Assembly: GCA_038087875.1 (NCBI GenBank) | Contig: CM075981.1 | Location: forward strand, 19,282,001-19,346,000 | DNA length: 64,000 bases | Reading direction: 5' to 3' | Source of the DNA: Malacoraja senta | Taxonomy: Eukaryota | Shown: one piece after another, positions 11,135-23,919 of the stretch | Numbering within the stretch: position 1 is the stretch's first letter | How the letters are laid out: every line of letters begins with the position of its first letter | Program-made: the position numbers and the translations under genes | Notes under the pieces: model-generated | What the model saw: the letters and a program-made list of their open reading frames with translations, nothing else | Told to the model about the DNA's origin: nothing | Databases searched by the model: none

Positions 11135-12275
11135 ACCTATCCCACTCTTGTGCTCTGGAAGGTTAGATCACATGGGATCCAAAGAGAGATAGCTGAATGG
11201 AAAGCAAATTGGCTCCATGGAAGGAAGCAGAGGGTGATGGTGGAAGGTTGCTTCTCGGACTGGAGGCCTGTGACTAGTGGTGTGTCTCAGAGTTCGGTGC
11301 TGGGCCCGTTACTGTTTGTCATCTACATCAATGATTTGAATGAGAACATACAGGGCAAGATTAGCAAGTTTGCTGATGATACAAAAGTGAGTTGTTTTGC
11401 AGATAGTGAAGATGATTGTGAAAGATTGCAGCAGTATCTGGATCAATTGGCCAAGTGGGGGGAGGAATGGTTGATGGAATTTAATACAGAGAAGTGTGAG
11501 GTGTTGCATTTTGGGACATCGAACAAGGGCAGGACCTACACAGTGAATGGTAGGCCTCTGGGGAGTGTTGTAGAGCAGAGGGATCTAGGAATGCAAGTGC
11601 ATGGTTCCTTGAAGCTAGAGTCACAGGTAGTTAAGGTGGTCAAAGAGACATTTGGCACATTGGCCTTCATCAGTCAGAGTATTGAGTATAGAAGTTGGGA
11701 GGTCATGTTGCAGTTGTATAAGACGTTGGTGGGACAGCATATTGTTTTCAGTTCTGGGCACCATGTTACAGGAAACATATTGTCAAGCTTGAAAGGGTTC
11801 AGAAAAGATTTACGAAGATGTTGCCAGGACTAGAGGGTGTGAGCTGTTGGGAGAGGTTGGGTCTTTATTCCTTGGAGCGCAGGAGGATGAGGGGAGATCT
11901 TATAGAGGTGTACAAAATCATGAGATGAATAGATCGAGTAGATGCACACAGTCTCTTACCCAGAGTAGGGAAATCGAGGACCAGAGGACATAGGTTCAAG
12001 GTGAACGTGAAAAGATTTAATAGGAATCTGAGGGGTAACATTTTAACCCAAAGGGTGGTGGGTGTATGGAACAAGCTGCCAGAGGAGGTAGAAGAGGCTG
12101 GGATTATCCCATCGTTTAAGAAACAGTTAGACAGGTACATGGATAGGACAGGTTCGGACGGATATGGATCAAGCGCAGGCAAGTGGGACTAGTGTAGCTG
12201 GGACATGTTGGCTGGTGTGGGCAAGTTGGGCCGAAGGGCCTGTTTCCACACTGTATCACTCTATGACTCCGACTC
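11135..12275 (+). mobile_element. CR1 LINE 3' half (a different subfamily)
   Basis: ORF 11150-11833 has SSVLGPLLFVIYINDL and KFADDTK, followed by CR1 3' UTR. Confidence 0.88.
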
Positions 12276-13310
12276 TATATAACGTTCACAATAATCTCAC
12301 CCAGCAGCTTCTGGCTGGAGTCTGGCTGGGAAATCTTCCCTCCTTTATCCCAGGGTTAACCAGTTCCCATGGTAGGGGGGAGAACATCAGAGCATGGAAC
12401 ATGAGCAGGAAGAGGCAATTTGGCCCTTCAAGCCTGCTCCCCACTCATTGAGATCAGCATTGGTCTAACCTTGGCCTCAGCTCCATTTTCTTGCCTGTTA
12501 TCGCACTTCAATATTTTTGCACTATTCCAGTATTATTGGGAGTTTTCTCTTGCACCATTCAACTGTATTGTGCCAGTCATATTTATTATTCTCTTATTGT
12601 TACTATGCACACTGCTTACGCCACATCATGTAAGCAAGGAATTTCATTGCACCTTGACGAGATGATAATATATTAATCTGAATCTGACGATTGACTGATT
12701 GATTGGTTGATGCTTTCTTGTTACATACACTTGGTACAGTGAAATTCTTTGTTTTGCATACAATACACACGTACGCAAAGAGTCGCCACATATAGGGTGC
12801 CGACAAAGTTACAAAAGTTTTCAATATAGTCCCGATGGTCCCTTGTTGCTCTTGGTGCCCCCACACTCCCCCACCCCCCATGCCGGGTACCTCTTTGTTC
12901 GGAATCAGAATCGGAATCTGAATCCATTGCACACATTCCCGCCTTCCCTCCAGAGCAAAGTTCTATCTGTCTTGGCCTTAAATACTTTTCCCAACTTGAC
13001 CTCCACAGCTCTCTGAGGGAGAATTCCATTGATTTCTAACCCTCAGAGAGAAGGAATTTCTCCATTTCTCCATCTGACAAGGACAGCCCCTTATCCTGAA
13101 TCTCTAACCCAAGATCCCACTCCTCCTGTCTCTGTTTCTTGTCCTCCCCCACTGGGGGTTGTTTCTCTCAGTCAACTCTGCCCATACCGATCAATACGTT
13201 AAAAATGTCCTTCAGGTGTGTAAGAGACATGGAGACCACTCACAGGAGTGACAAAATACATGGAACTGAGGAGAATTCCCAAGATACAGAGCCATAAAAC
13301 CTGTGCAGAC

Positions 13311-13690
13311 TGGAGATTTTGCAGTCATCTTCAACCTCTCATTACTGAAGTCTGAAGTTCCCACCTGCTTTAAGAGGCCATCAATAATAAAAATTCTAGT
13401 AAGGCGACATACTCTTCCAAAAGAGTAAGGCAACATGCCTCAATGACTATCGATCTGTGGCACTAACTTCCGTGGCGATGAAGTGCTTTGAGAGATTGGT
13501 AATGGTGCATATCAACTCCTACCTCAACAAGAACCTCAACCCATTACAATATGCACACTGCAACATTTTTCATGTTTATTATATTATTTACAGATTACTA
13601 TGTTTACATATTCTGTTGTGCTCCTGAAAGTAAGAATGTCATTGTTCTATATGGGACATATGACAATATCACACTTTTGACTCTTGGCTG
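13311..13690 (+). mobile_element. Rex1/Babar-like LINE RT fragment and 3' tail
   Basis: Translates to IFNLSLLKSEVPTCFK...CLNDYRSVALTSVAMKCFERLV...NPLQYA. Confidence 0.65.
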
Positions 13691-13941
13691 TAAACAGGAC
13701 ACAGTGGAGAGTTTGTGGATGTGTGCGGGCAGTGGTCGGGAAGGGGGCACAGCACACGTGTAGACTTGCTCCAGCAACAACTGTCTGAACTGAAGGGGGA
13801 GGGAAGAGTTAAACTGGTGGGTGGAAATGAACTGGCATTGGCTTAAAGTTTACTCGTGACTGTTGGAGACAAGATGTTGGGTATCGAGTGGTCCACAAGT
13901 ATCTCCTTTACTCATCTTTCTTCTCTCTGCCCCAACCTCAG

Positions 13942-14223
13942 AGCCCGTGGCAGGAATACAGATCAAGGCTGAGAACATCGCCGAGATCTGCAACTTCACC
14001 CTGACCTGCTTCGTGACCTCTGGTGGCCACATCAACTTCACGTGGTGGAGGGAAGCTTTGGGAAACGACAGCACCCATCACCTCGAGGGACACGGAAAGA
14101 CAATACAGGTTTATCACACAGCAGAGGTCGGGGACATTGTGTATAGGTGTGAGGCCAGTAACCCGGTCAGTGAGGGCATGGCACAGATCCAGCTGAGGGA
14201 TATCTGTAAACAGACCATATTTG
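13942..14223 (+). CDS. CD2/SLAM-family gene 1, IgC2 exon
   Basis: Acceptor ttctctctgccccaacctcag|, donor G|gtgagt, phase 1-1, 282 bp open. Joins the V exon as LEVY-E-PVAG. Contains ICNFTLTC, FTWW, YRCEASNPVS and DIC (four Cys, SLAM/CD2 pattern), with NFT x2 and NDS sequons. Confidence 0.92.
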
Positions 14224-15034
14224 GTGAGTATCTAAGTGAGGATCCCAGGTTATTGGGAGGACAGTAGTTTATTTGTTCATTGGGACAGTGTATTGGGAAT
14301 GTGTGATGGGACAGTGTGGAGGAAACTTCACTCTATATCTAATCCATGCCTCAGGTAGGGCCGGATTTTGATGAAGAGAGGCCCTACGCTTTTCCACTTG
14401 TGAGGCCCCTCCAAATCCCCCACTTCCACGACTAGAGGAAGATGGTCCACCAGACCGAGCGAGGCCAATGAGATAAGGGTCTGGAAAGCTGCGCTTATTT
14501 ATTTATTTATTTATTGCCAGTGCTCGTGTCGAGTTATTAGCTTAAAACACTATTATTCTGAAATGGTGGGCAAGGACAATTACTGAACGGTTGTTTGGAG
14601 ACCACAGTGCGTTGTGACAGCATATGTAAGAAAGCCTATGACAGTGTCAAAAATATTATACACCTTGCAGGGCTCTCACTTAATTTTTTTCCCCTGTTGT
14701 CAGCCGGGCAACCTTGGCAGCTTTTTAAGTTGCCAAATGACAGTTTAGGTGGTCATTTAAGACAGCTTGCATGACGCGTACGATAATGTGCTCGAACGAA
14801 GTGCGTAGTTGCCAGTCGGAATTATGCTCAATGAAGCATTCACATCTTATTTCTGCTTCAAACAGTCACAAACTAAACATATTCACCAATCAAGATATGA
14901 TATATACCACAATGACATGCAGCAAAATTATAATACAGTATCTCAACTCGTTTTACGCATTGCAATGAATGCAATTTCTATTATTTCTTTCCACTTCCAA
15001 ACAAAAATGTGGTTGGATTATTCAGCGTATGATC

Positions 15035-15310
15035 AACCTCGGTGAGACCAAGCGCAGGCTTGGCGATCGCTTCGCACAACACCTCAACTCAGTTCGCAAT
15101 AACCAACCTGATCTCCCGTTGGCTCAACACTTCAACTCCCCTTCCCATTCCGAATCCAACCTTTCTGTCCTGGGCCTCCTCCATGGCCAGAGTGAGGCCC
15201 ACCGCATATTGCAGGTGCAGCACCTCATATTTGCTTGGGTAGTTTACACCCCAGCGGTATGAACATTGGCTTCACTAATTTCAGGTAGTCCTTGCTTTCT
15301 CCCTCCTTCC
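15035..15310 (+). mobile_element. Penelope-like element GIY-YIG 3' fragment
   Basis: GETKRRLGDRFAQHL...HFNSPSHS, similar to 16740-17000. Confidence 0.8.
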
Positions 15311-15334
15311 CCTCCCATTCACAGCTATCTTGGG

Positions 15335-16305
15335 GAATGGCTGCGAACCAGCAGCCGTCCGTTAAATTCACTTTTTTTTCTTAGTTTTTAGTTTTCTTGG
15401 TCTATGTCTGTTGGGGAATTTTGACTTTTCATGTGGGGGGGGTAAGGGGGAAACTATTTTCTAGGTCCCTACCTGGTCGGTGAGGCAGCTTTTTCTCCGG
15501 GCTGCCCCGTCGACCCGTCCCTGCGGCCTACCATCGGGCCTGGAGCGGCGTTTCCTGGCGGGGACTGCCCAGCACCTTCAGCTTCGGTGGCGGCACAGCG
15601 CTGGAGCGCTATCGCGGAGCGGAGCGGGCGATGCCTTGCCTGGGTCGCCGCGCTGGATCGACGCGCTGGAGCTCCGGTGAGCTGTGACCGCCGAGCTCAA
15701 CACCTCCCGGCTGCGGGTCTGTGGAGCGGTCAGCCGCGGGCGGCGGCGCCGACTCTAACATCGGGAGCCTCGGAGCTCCAAATCGGCGCGGCCTTGTCGG
15801 CTTCAGGTGCCACGGACTCCGGTAGGAAATCAGCCGTTCCAGCCATCCCAGCCGCTGTGAGGACTCTCCCGACGCCAGGGCAACTGCACCCGGCGAGAAC
15901 GGCCAGGAACATCGGGCCTCCGTAGAGGCCTCAATAGGCCTGACTTTGGGGAGAACTGGGGTTGGGGACTGGACATTGTGCCTTCCCCCACAGTGGTAAC
16001 CATTGTGGGGGGATGATTTTGTGTGTAGTGTGTAGTGTCTATGTTAGTCTATGCCCAAGATGGCGGTCGGAAGGGAGAGTGGACGCTGGCGCAGTTTGGC
16101 TGCCGCTGCTCTCTCTTCACATTGTGTTTCTGAATTTTTGTTGTTGTCTTTTTTGGATCGAATTTCTGTCTTTAATTTGTGTATTGGTGATGTCTTTATA
16201 ACTTATTTTACTCTGATTATATGTTCCTTTGTTAAATTTTGTAAGGTGTCCTTGAGACTTTTGTATAGGCGCCCATAAAAAAAATCTATTATTATTATTA
16301 TTATT
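15335..16305 (+). mobile_element. GC-rich dispersed repeat ending in a (TTA)n tail, probably a LINE 3' region
   Basis: Shares blocks (gggggaaact...gtccctacc.ggtcgg and ttccccacagtgg...tgtgggggga) with the inverted copy at 58760-59530. Confidence 0.5.
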
Positions 16306-16360
16306 ACTGTCTCCACCTCTTACTTTATTTTTCCTTTGTCCCTCCCCCTCCCGACATCCA

Positions 16361-17187
16361 TCTGAAGAAGGGTCTCGACACGAAACGTCGTCCATTCCTT
16401 CGCTCCATAGATGCTGCCTTACCCGCTGATTTTCTCCAGCTTTTTTATCTACCAATGGGATCCCACCACTGGCCACATCTTCCCATCTCCTCCCCTGTTG
16501 GCTCTCTGCAGAGACCGCTCCATCCGTAACTTCCTGGTCAATTTGTCCCTTCCCACCCAAACCACCCCCTCTCCTGGTATTTTCCCTTGCAACCGCAGGA
16601 AATGCTACACTTGTCGCTTTACTTCCCCCCTTGACTCCATTCAAGGACCCACGCAGTCTTTCCAGATGCGGCCGAGGTTCATTTGCACCTCCTCCAACAG
16701 CATCTATTGCATCTACTGCTCTAGGTGTCAGCTGCTCTACATCGGTGAGACCAAGCTTAGGCTTGGCGATCGCTTCGCCCAACACCTCCGCTCAGTCCAC
16801 AATAACCAACTTGATCTCCCAGTGGCTGAGCACTTCAACTCCCCCTCCCATTCTGAATCCGACCTTTCTGTCCAGGGCCTCTTCCATGGCCAGAGTGAGG
16901 CCCACCGTAAATTGGAGGAGCAGCACCTCATATTTCGCTTGGGCAGTTTACACCCCAGCGGTATGAACATTGACTTCTTCAATTTCAGGTAATCCCTGCT
17001 TTCTCCTCCCCTTCCCAGCTCTCTCTCAGCCCACTGTCTCTGCCTCTTCCTTTCTTCTTCCCGTCCCCCCCCACCCCCCACCCTCACATCATTCTGAAGA
17101 AAGGTCTCGACCCGAAACCTCGCCTATTTCCCTCGCTCCATAGATGCTGCCTCACCTGCTGAGTTTCTCCAGCATTTTTGTCTACCC
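16361..17187 (+). mobile_element. Penelope-like element (GIY-YIG endonuclease) flanked by ~90-bp direct repeats (pseudo-LTRs)
   Basis: ORF 16411-16992 contains CTSSNSIYCIYCSRCQLLYIGET...HFNSPSH...KLEEQHLIFRLG. Direct repeats at 16361-16453 and 17093-17186. Confidence 0.88.
16362..16389 (+). ncRNA. Minimal hammerhead ribozyme motif of the Penelope repeat
   Basis: CTGAAGA-AGGGTC-TC-GACAC-GAAAC-GTC: conserved core, short helix II with one mismatch, palindromic ACGT helix III. A second, mutated copy is at 17094-17121. Confidence 0.65.
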
Positions 17188-17240
17188 ATACACACAAGTT
17201 CTGTTATCCCTCTTTCCTCACCCACTCCCTACACATTAGG

Positions 17241-17411
17241 GGCAATTTTACAGAGACAAGTTAACCTACAAAGCCAATACGTCTTTGGGATTTGGGAGGA
17301 AAGCCACACGCTTGCAGAGAGAATGTGCAAATTCAACACAGACAGTGCCGAGGACAGGATCGAACACAGATCTCTGGCGTGTGAGGCAGCAAGTCTACCA
17401 GCTGTGCCACT
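17241..17411 (-). mobile_element. tRNA-derived SINE
   Basis: Minus strand has an A-box-like TGGCACAGCTGGT and a B-box GTTCGATCC (17357-17365), followed by the body GCTGTCTGT...TTTGCACATTCTC. Confidence 0.7.
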
Positions 17412-17559
17412 ATATTTTGTTTTCCAACACACACAAAATTATAGGTTGAGAACTTCGGTTACTAAAAAAATGAAAATATCCATTTTCAGTTTTAAATCTC
17501 CAAGTGACGCTATGTCCCCCTTTACAGCTACTGCATGTTTTAATTAAATTCAAGACTAT

Positions 17560-17720
17560 GGGGCAGTACATTGGCCATAATGTTTCTGCCTAAACGTGCC
17601 AGATACCCGGAATTGATCCTGAATATGGGTGCTGTCTGTATAGAGTTTGCTCCTTTTTCCTTTGTTCGCATGGGTTTTCTCCGGGTGCTCGTTTCCTTCC
17701 ACATTCCAAAGGTGTGCAGG
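17560..17720 (+). mobile_element. tRNA-derived SINE, same family, degenerate, opposite orientation
   Basis: gggtgctgtctgtatagagtttg...gggttttctccgggtgctc...ccacattccaaag body. Confidence 0.6.
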
Positions 17721-17886
17721 AACCTATTTCAGACCCAACCCAAAACGTAATATTTTCCTTTTGTCCAGAGATTCTGTCTGACCTGTTGAGTTACTCCAGC
17801 TTTATGTGTCTATCTTCAGTTAACACCAGCATCTGCAGTTCCTTCCTACACACACGATACAATACGATAGAACATTATTAAGGGAA

Positions 17887-17888
<2 letters not shown>

Positions 17889-17928
<40 letters not shown>

Positions 17929-17932
17929 TATA

Positions 17933-17972
<40 letters not shown>

Positions 17973-17977
17973 TTTTT
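17889..17977. repeat. (TG)n microsatellite followed by (TTA)n, the latter being the L1 tail
   Basis: Seen directly in the sequence. Confidence 0.95.
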
Positions 17978-18296
17978 GATTAATATTTTTATTAGAAGCA
18001 AACATATTATAAGGTATGGTAACATATTATAATAGAAATAAAAGCTTATCATATACATCAATCATACATTATTAAAATTGTCAATTGTCGATTAATTCTG
18101 CTTCTAATGTTTTTTTTATATTGATAGAAAAAGAAAGATAGAAAAAAAAAAGCATTACAAATATCATGAGAAAAAAAAAAGAGGTGGAATGAACTACTTA
18201 TAATACGTCTTTGGAGATAAGTTCGTAGGTTATGAAATATATTTTTACATCTAATCCTGAGTTCAAGCTTTAGTTGGGTTTTCGTGCTTGGCCCAT

Positions 18297-21200
18297 CTAT
18301 CCCTTCAAATAGTTAATGAATGGAGCCCATATTTTAACAAAAACTTCTTGTTTGTCCATTAAGACAAGTCTAATTCTTTCTAGGTGTAGGGTCTCTGACA
18401 TTTTCACAATCCACATTTTAATTGTGGGGGTTATAGGACCTTTCCAAAATTTTAATATTAATTTTTTCCCTGTTATTATACTGTAGTCAAGGAAGTTTCT
18501 TTGGTTTGTTGTGAGTGTTAAACTTTGTTCTGATATCCCAAGTATTATTAATTTTGAGTCTGGATCCAATTTTGTATTAACAACTTCAGAAATTATTTCA
18601 AAAATATCAATCCAGAAGTTTTTAATTTTTATACAATTGGCAAAAGTATGTGTTAAATTGGCCTCTAGATGTAAGCATTTATCACATATAGAAGAAATAT
18701 GTGGGAAGATTCTATTTAGTTTTACTTTGGAATAATGTAATCTGTGTAAGACTTTAAATTGTATTAAAGCATGTCTGGCATTTAACGAGCATTGATGTAT
18801 ATGTTGTAAACTTTCGTCCCAAATGTCTTTCGTTATAGAATGACCTAACTCATTCTCCCATGTGTGTCTATATAGTTCCATCGGTGGTACCTCATTGTTT
18901 AAGAGGGTGTTATAAATATAAGCTATTAATTTTTCAGTGTTAGGATGCTTATTCAAACATTCATCAAGAATTTCTTGTTCCCTAGTCCTATAAACTTGTG
19001 TATTAGATTTAACATAATCCCTAATTTGTAGATATCTAAAAAAATTATTTGAGTGCAGTCCATGATTCTGTTGTAGCTCTTGAAATGACAAAAACATGCC
19101 TTCCCTATAAAGATGTCCAATCTTTTTAATTCCATAATGTTTCCATTGTATAAAACCTCTATCCAATATGGATGGCTTGAATAAAGGGTTATTTACAATG
19201 GGAAGACATAGTGGTATATTATTCAGTTTTAAAGCTTTCTTTAATTGTTTCCAAATTCGTATTCCACTATGTATTATAGGGTTTCCTTATAGGTTTTTTA
19301 ATGCAATTTTGTTGGAGCAAATATAATCGAACCAATTTCAAAAGGTGAACAGTCTTCCTTTTCCATCCATAACCAATCTGGATATTGATCCATTTCTTCC
19401 AACCAGAAATTCATGTTTTTAATATGGACTGCCCAAAAATAATATAAGAAATTTGGCAAAGCCAAACCTCCGTTACTCTTTGACTTACATAAATGTTTTT
19501 TGCTTATTCTATGATTCTTATAATCCCAGATAAAGCTTGTAACAATAGAGTTGACTTTTTTGAAAAAGTTTTTTGGGATATATATCGGAATTAATTGAAA
19601 TAGGTACAGTAGTTGAGGTAAGAAGATCATTTTTATAGCATTAATTCTACCAAGCATTGAAATGGGAATTGTTTTCCAGTACTGAATATTTTTGTGTAAT
19701 TTATTAAGTAAAGGTGGAAAATTTAGTTTAAATAAAGAGGTATATGTCTTAGTTACATTGATTCCTAAATATTTAAGTTTATCTTTAACTATTTTGAAAG
19801 GGGATTGTTGCAATGTATTTAAATTGAATTTTGTTATTGGCATGATTTCACTTTTATTCCAGTTAATTCTATATCCTGAGAACTGACCAAATTGAGTTAT
19901 TAGATTTAATAGATTTGGAATACTAGTTTCTAACTTTGTAATATATATTAGTACATCATCTGCATATAAGGACATTTTATTCCTTGTATCTCTCGTGTTG
20001 TAACCATGTATTCCTGGATGGATTCTAACGCTTTCTGCTAATGGTTCAATGGCAAGAGCAAATAATAGTGGAGATAGAGAACATCCTTGTCTGCAACCTC
20101 TAGAAAGATTAAATTTAACTGATAACATTTGGTTTGTTAGTATTCTAGCTGTTGGATTAGAGTATAACAGTTTAATCCATGTACAGTACTTCTCTCCAAG
20201 TTGAAATTTTTCCATTACCGAAAATAAATATGACCATTCTACCTGGTCAAATGCTTTTTCAGCATCTAACGATATAATTGCTAGGTCTACATTAGGAATT
20301 CTATTTGTATATATAATATTGAATAATCTTCTCAAATTATAAAATGAGTAACGTTTTGGAATAAAACCAGTTTGGTCGGGGTGTATTAATTTGTTAATCA
20401 CTAAGCTCAATCTATGAGATAGGATTTTGGTTAATATTTTTTGATCAGTATTTAAGAGAGCTATTGCTCTGTATGAACCTGGGTCTTCAGGATCCTTATC
20501 CGTTTTTGGTATAAGTATGATTGTAGATTCATTTAGAGTTTCTGGGAGTTTCTTGTTGAGTATAAACGTATTTGTATAGTGTCTGTAGGCGTGGAGAAAT
20601 CAGATCATAGAATTTTTTATAAAATTCAGAGCTTAGACCATCAGGACCTGGGGCCTTTCCATTTTTTAAAGATCTAATTGACTCTTCAATGTCTTTTACT
20701 GTAATTTCTGCATCTAGTGATTCTCTCTCTTTCTGATCTAAACCTGTAAGGTTACATTTCTGTAGAAATGTTTCCATTCCTGCTGATTGTTCTGTCGTTT
20801 TAGATGAGTACAGTTTTTGATAGTATTGTAAAAATCTATCATTAATATCTTTAGGCAGTGTTAATATTTCTCCCTTGTCTGATCTAATTTTGTAAATTGT
20901 GTTTTCCCCGTCCAGTATACGAAGTTGACGCGCTAATAGTTTTTGTGGTTTATCACCAAATTCAAAGTTTAATTGTTTTGTATGTTGATATAGTTTTATA
21001 ACTTGGTCTGAGTATATCTTATTTAACTTATATTTCAGTACTGCAATTTTATTGTGTTTTGCCATAGATGGTGCTATTGCATTTTCTATGTCTAATTGCC
21101 TTATTTCCGTTTCCAAAGTCTGTCGTTTAGCCCTATTCTCTTTGTTAAGAAATGATTGCGAAGAGATTAATGCTCCTCGCACAAATGCTTTAAATGTTTC

Positions 21201-22087
21201 CCAGAAAAGGGAGGCAGAGATTCCAGGGCTATCATTAGCCTCAAAGAACATATTAATCTGTTTTACGAGATATTCATTACATAGTTTTTCTTTTAAGATT
21301 TGGGGGTTAAGTCTCCATTGCGACTGTGTCTCGGTCATTCCATATAGTTTAATCATAAATGTTAGTGGAGCATGATCTGATATTATAATATTATGATATT
21401 GCGAGTTATAGGTAAATGGGATAAGTTTAGAGTCTACTAAAAAGTAGTCTATCCTTGAGTTAGAGTTTTATGCACTGGTGAGTAAAATGAGTATTCTCGA
21501 CCAGATGGATTTTCAATTCTCCAAACATCCTTAATGTTGGTAGTATTAATATATGAATTTAGAAATTCACTTGACTGAGATTTTAATTTTCTTTGAGTTG
21601 ATGATCTATCCAAGTAAGCATCCAGTGTACAGTTTAAGTCTCCACCGATAATTAAGTTATGTTGTGTACATTCCGGGAGAGTGTTAAGTATTCTCTTAAA
21701 AAACAGGGGGCTATCAAAATTTGGTCCATACACATTAAGGAGAGTTACTTTTTTTGAATATAACTCCCCTACTAATACAATATATCTGCCTTCAATATCT
21801 TCTATCGTTGATATATGTTTAAAGGGTATACCTTTACGAATTAATGTTGCAACCCCTCTAGATTTATGTGAGAATGAAGAGTGATACGCTTTAGCAATCC
21901 ATTTTGTTTTCAATCTATGTTGTGCTTCCTTTTTAAGATGTGTTTCCTGTAGAAATATTATATCTGCTTTAAGTGACTTTAAATGAGCTAATACTTTACC
22001 TCTCTTGATTGGTTCATTAATTCCCTTAACATTCCAACTACAGAATTTAATTCCTTCGCCCCCACTTTTCCTATTAACGTCTTGCAT
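18297..22087 (-). pseudogene. L1 ORF2p (APE endonuclease, RT, CCHC) broken by three frameshifts
   Basis: Four ORF pieces: SWNVKG/LQETH/GGDLN, GPDGLSSEFY, QGCSLSP/YADD and CDKC...HTFANC. Frameshifts near 21450, 20540 and 19300. Confidence 0.92.
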
Positions 22088-22893
22088 CTTGTGATTAAAG
22101 TGGTCTATGTTAGAGCAGATGGCTCAGCACACTAAACCCTACCTTATACCCAAACATCAGGTAGATGAATTTTAAGTCTCGTCGGTTTTCCATCCGGACA
22201 TATCTCCCTAAATAAAATATATAATTCCATTCCAAATACAAAATATAATATAACATAAGATAGAAAAAGTAAAAAAAAATTACATTAATAGCGTGTAAAG
22301 AGTAAAAAAAGAAGAAACTACAACTATAATTAGTGCAGTTAGTGATAGCCACCCTAATGTGGCTAAGCATCTAAGGACTTCCGTAGCTTTTGGTAAAAAA
22401 AAAAATGTTACTAGCTCCGTACTTTCCTTAGAAGGAAAGTTTCAATTACAATGAAAACAACTTATGGGGGGGATGGAATCAATAGTTATATTCCATAATT
22501 GAAATAATTATTAGTCTCCAATTGAAATGTTAGTGGCAAAAAATTAAAAAGAACACATTGTTAAAAAGTAAAATCAAAAATATCAAAGAGAAAACTTCCT
22601 AAATTTTTATTAATAAATTACCTGAATCACACTATACTTATATTTCATACTTTTAATTAATTCAGAGTTGATCCAGTTAACAATAATTAGTATTGATTAG
22701 TATTCCTGATTAGTAATTATTGTTAGAGATTAGTACTAAAATGTAAATATTATATATTAGTAGCAATCTAATTGCCCAATTCTTATTGCAGATTTTAGAC
22801 AGTTCTTAAGTATAATAGTTTAGAGTTCCATTTCTTCTCTGCAGGGTAACAATGTCTGATATGTTCAGATGAATGTTGAGTGTAGTATATTAT

Positions 22894-23919
22894 TCAATCT
22901 TCGGACTTATTCACGATGCTCTGGGCGAATTCCAGTGCTTCTATGTGCTTGATGAAAAAATGTTCCTTCCGTTCGTAAGTTACTCTTAATGTTGCGGGAT
23001 ATAACAGTCCATATCTCAAATTGTTTATATTCTTAAGTATTCTTCTTGTTTCTGTAAACAGCGCTCTCTTCTTGGCGACTTCCACAGGATAATCTCTAAA
23101 TATACTGATCTTGTCTCCTTCAAATTCGAGGTTTCTGCTTTGAACAATTATCTTCATCATATTATCCAAAACATGGTCATATTGCACCTTCACTATGAGT
23201 TGTCTTGGAGGGGCGCCCTCCCTTGGGCGACGTCTCGATACTCTGTGCGCTCGGGCAAGTAGTGGTGCTTGATCCAGATTCAAGACTTTTTTCAGTAGAT
23301 CTGCAGCAAATTCACGGGGGTGACGATTCCCCTCTCTGCCTTCCTTGACGCCCACAATTCTTAAATTTTGGCGTCTCTGTCGTCCCTCCAAGTCAATACA
23401 TTTTTTGGTTATTTGATGCAATAACTTTGATAGGCGTTTATTCTCGGCAATAAGTTTATCTGTAGTGTCCGTGCTCGCCTCAGCAATTTCCTCTAATTCC
23501 GTTATGACCTGTCGGTGTTGATTTAATGTCTGGAGGATAGGTTCCAACTTAGAATCAAATCTAGATTCCATCGAATTCAGTTTATCATTTACTTCTCCAA
23601 TATTTTGTTTCAAATTTTCTTCCATATCTAACTTCCAATCTTCCAAAACTTCATGTACAGAAGCAGTAACTTCTTCTTTAATTTGTTCTTTAATTTCCTC
23701 TTTTAAAGAAGTCAATTCCTGTTTGAGATTTTTAAATTCTTTCATTATGTTAGAGATTTCCTGTTTGAGGAAGATTTTTAACTCTTCCACTTTTGTCTTT
23801 TTCTTCTGTGAGATATCTTCTCGGGATGCAGTTAAACCTGAGGCCGAGGCTTCAGTTGGGCCTACCTCTCTTCCCTTGCCGGTTTTTCTCGCCTTGGGGG
23901 GGGTATGTTGAATCGACAT
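22894..23919 (-). CDS. L1 ORF1p (341 aa, intact)
   Basis: Coiled-coil N-half followed by DLEGRQRRQNLRIVG, RAHR, PRQLIVK, ISIFRDY and LLYPATLRV motifs. Confidence 0.9.
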   Translation of the reverse strand: MSIQHTPPKARKTGKGREVGPTEASASGLTASREDISQKKKTKVEELKIFLKQEISNIMKEFKNLKQELTSLKEEIKEQIKEEVTASVHEVLEDWKLDMEENLKQNIGEVNDKLNSMESRFDSKLEPILQTLNQHRQVITELEEIAEASTDTTDKLIAENKRLSKLLHQITKKCIDLEGRQRRQNLRIVGVKEGREGNRHPREFAADLLKKVLNLDQAPLLARAHRVSRRRPREGAPPRQLIVKVQYDHVLDNMMKIIVQSRNLEFEGDKISIFRDYPVEVAKKRALFTETRRILKNINNLRYGLLYPATLRVTYERKEHFFIKHIEALEFAQSIVNKSED

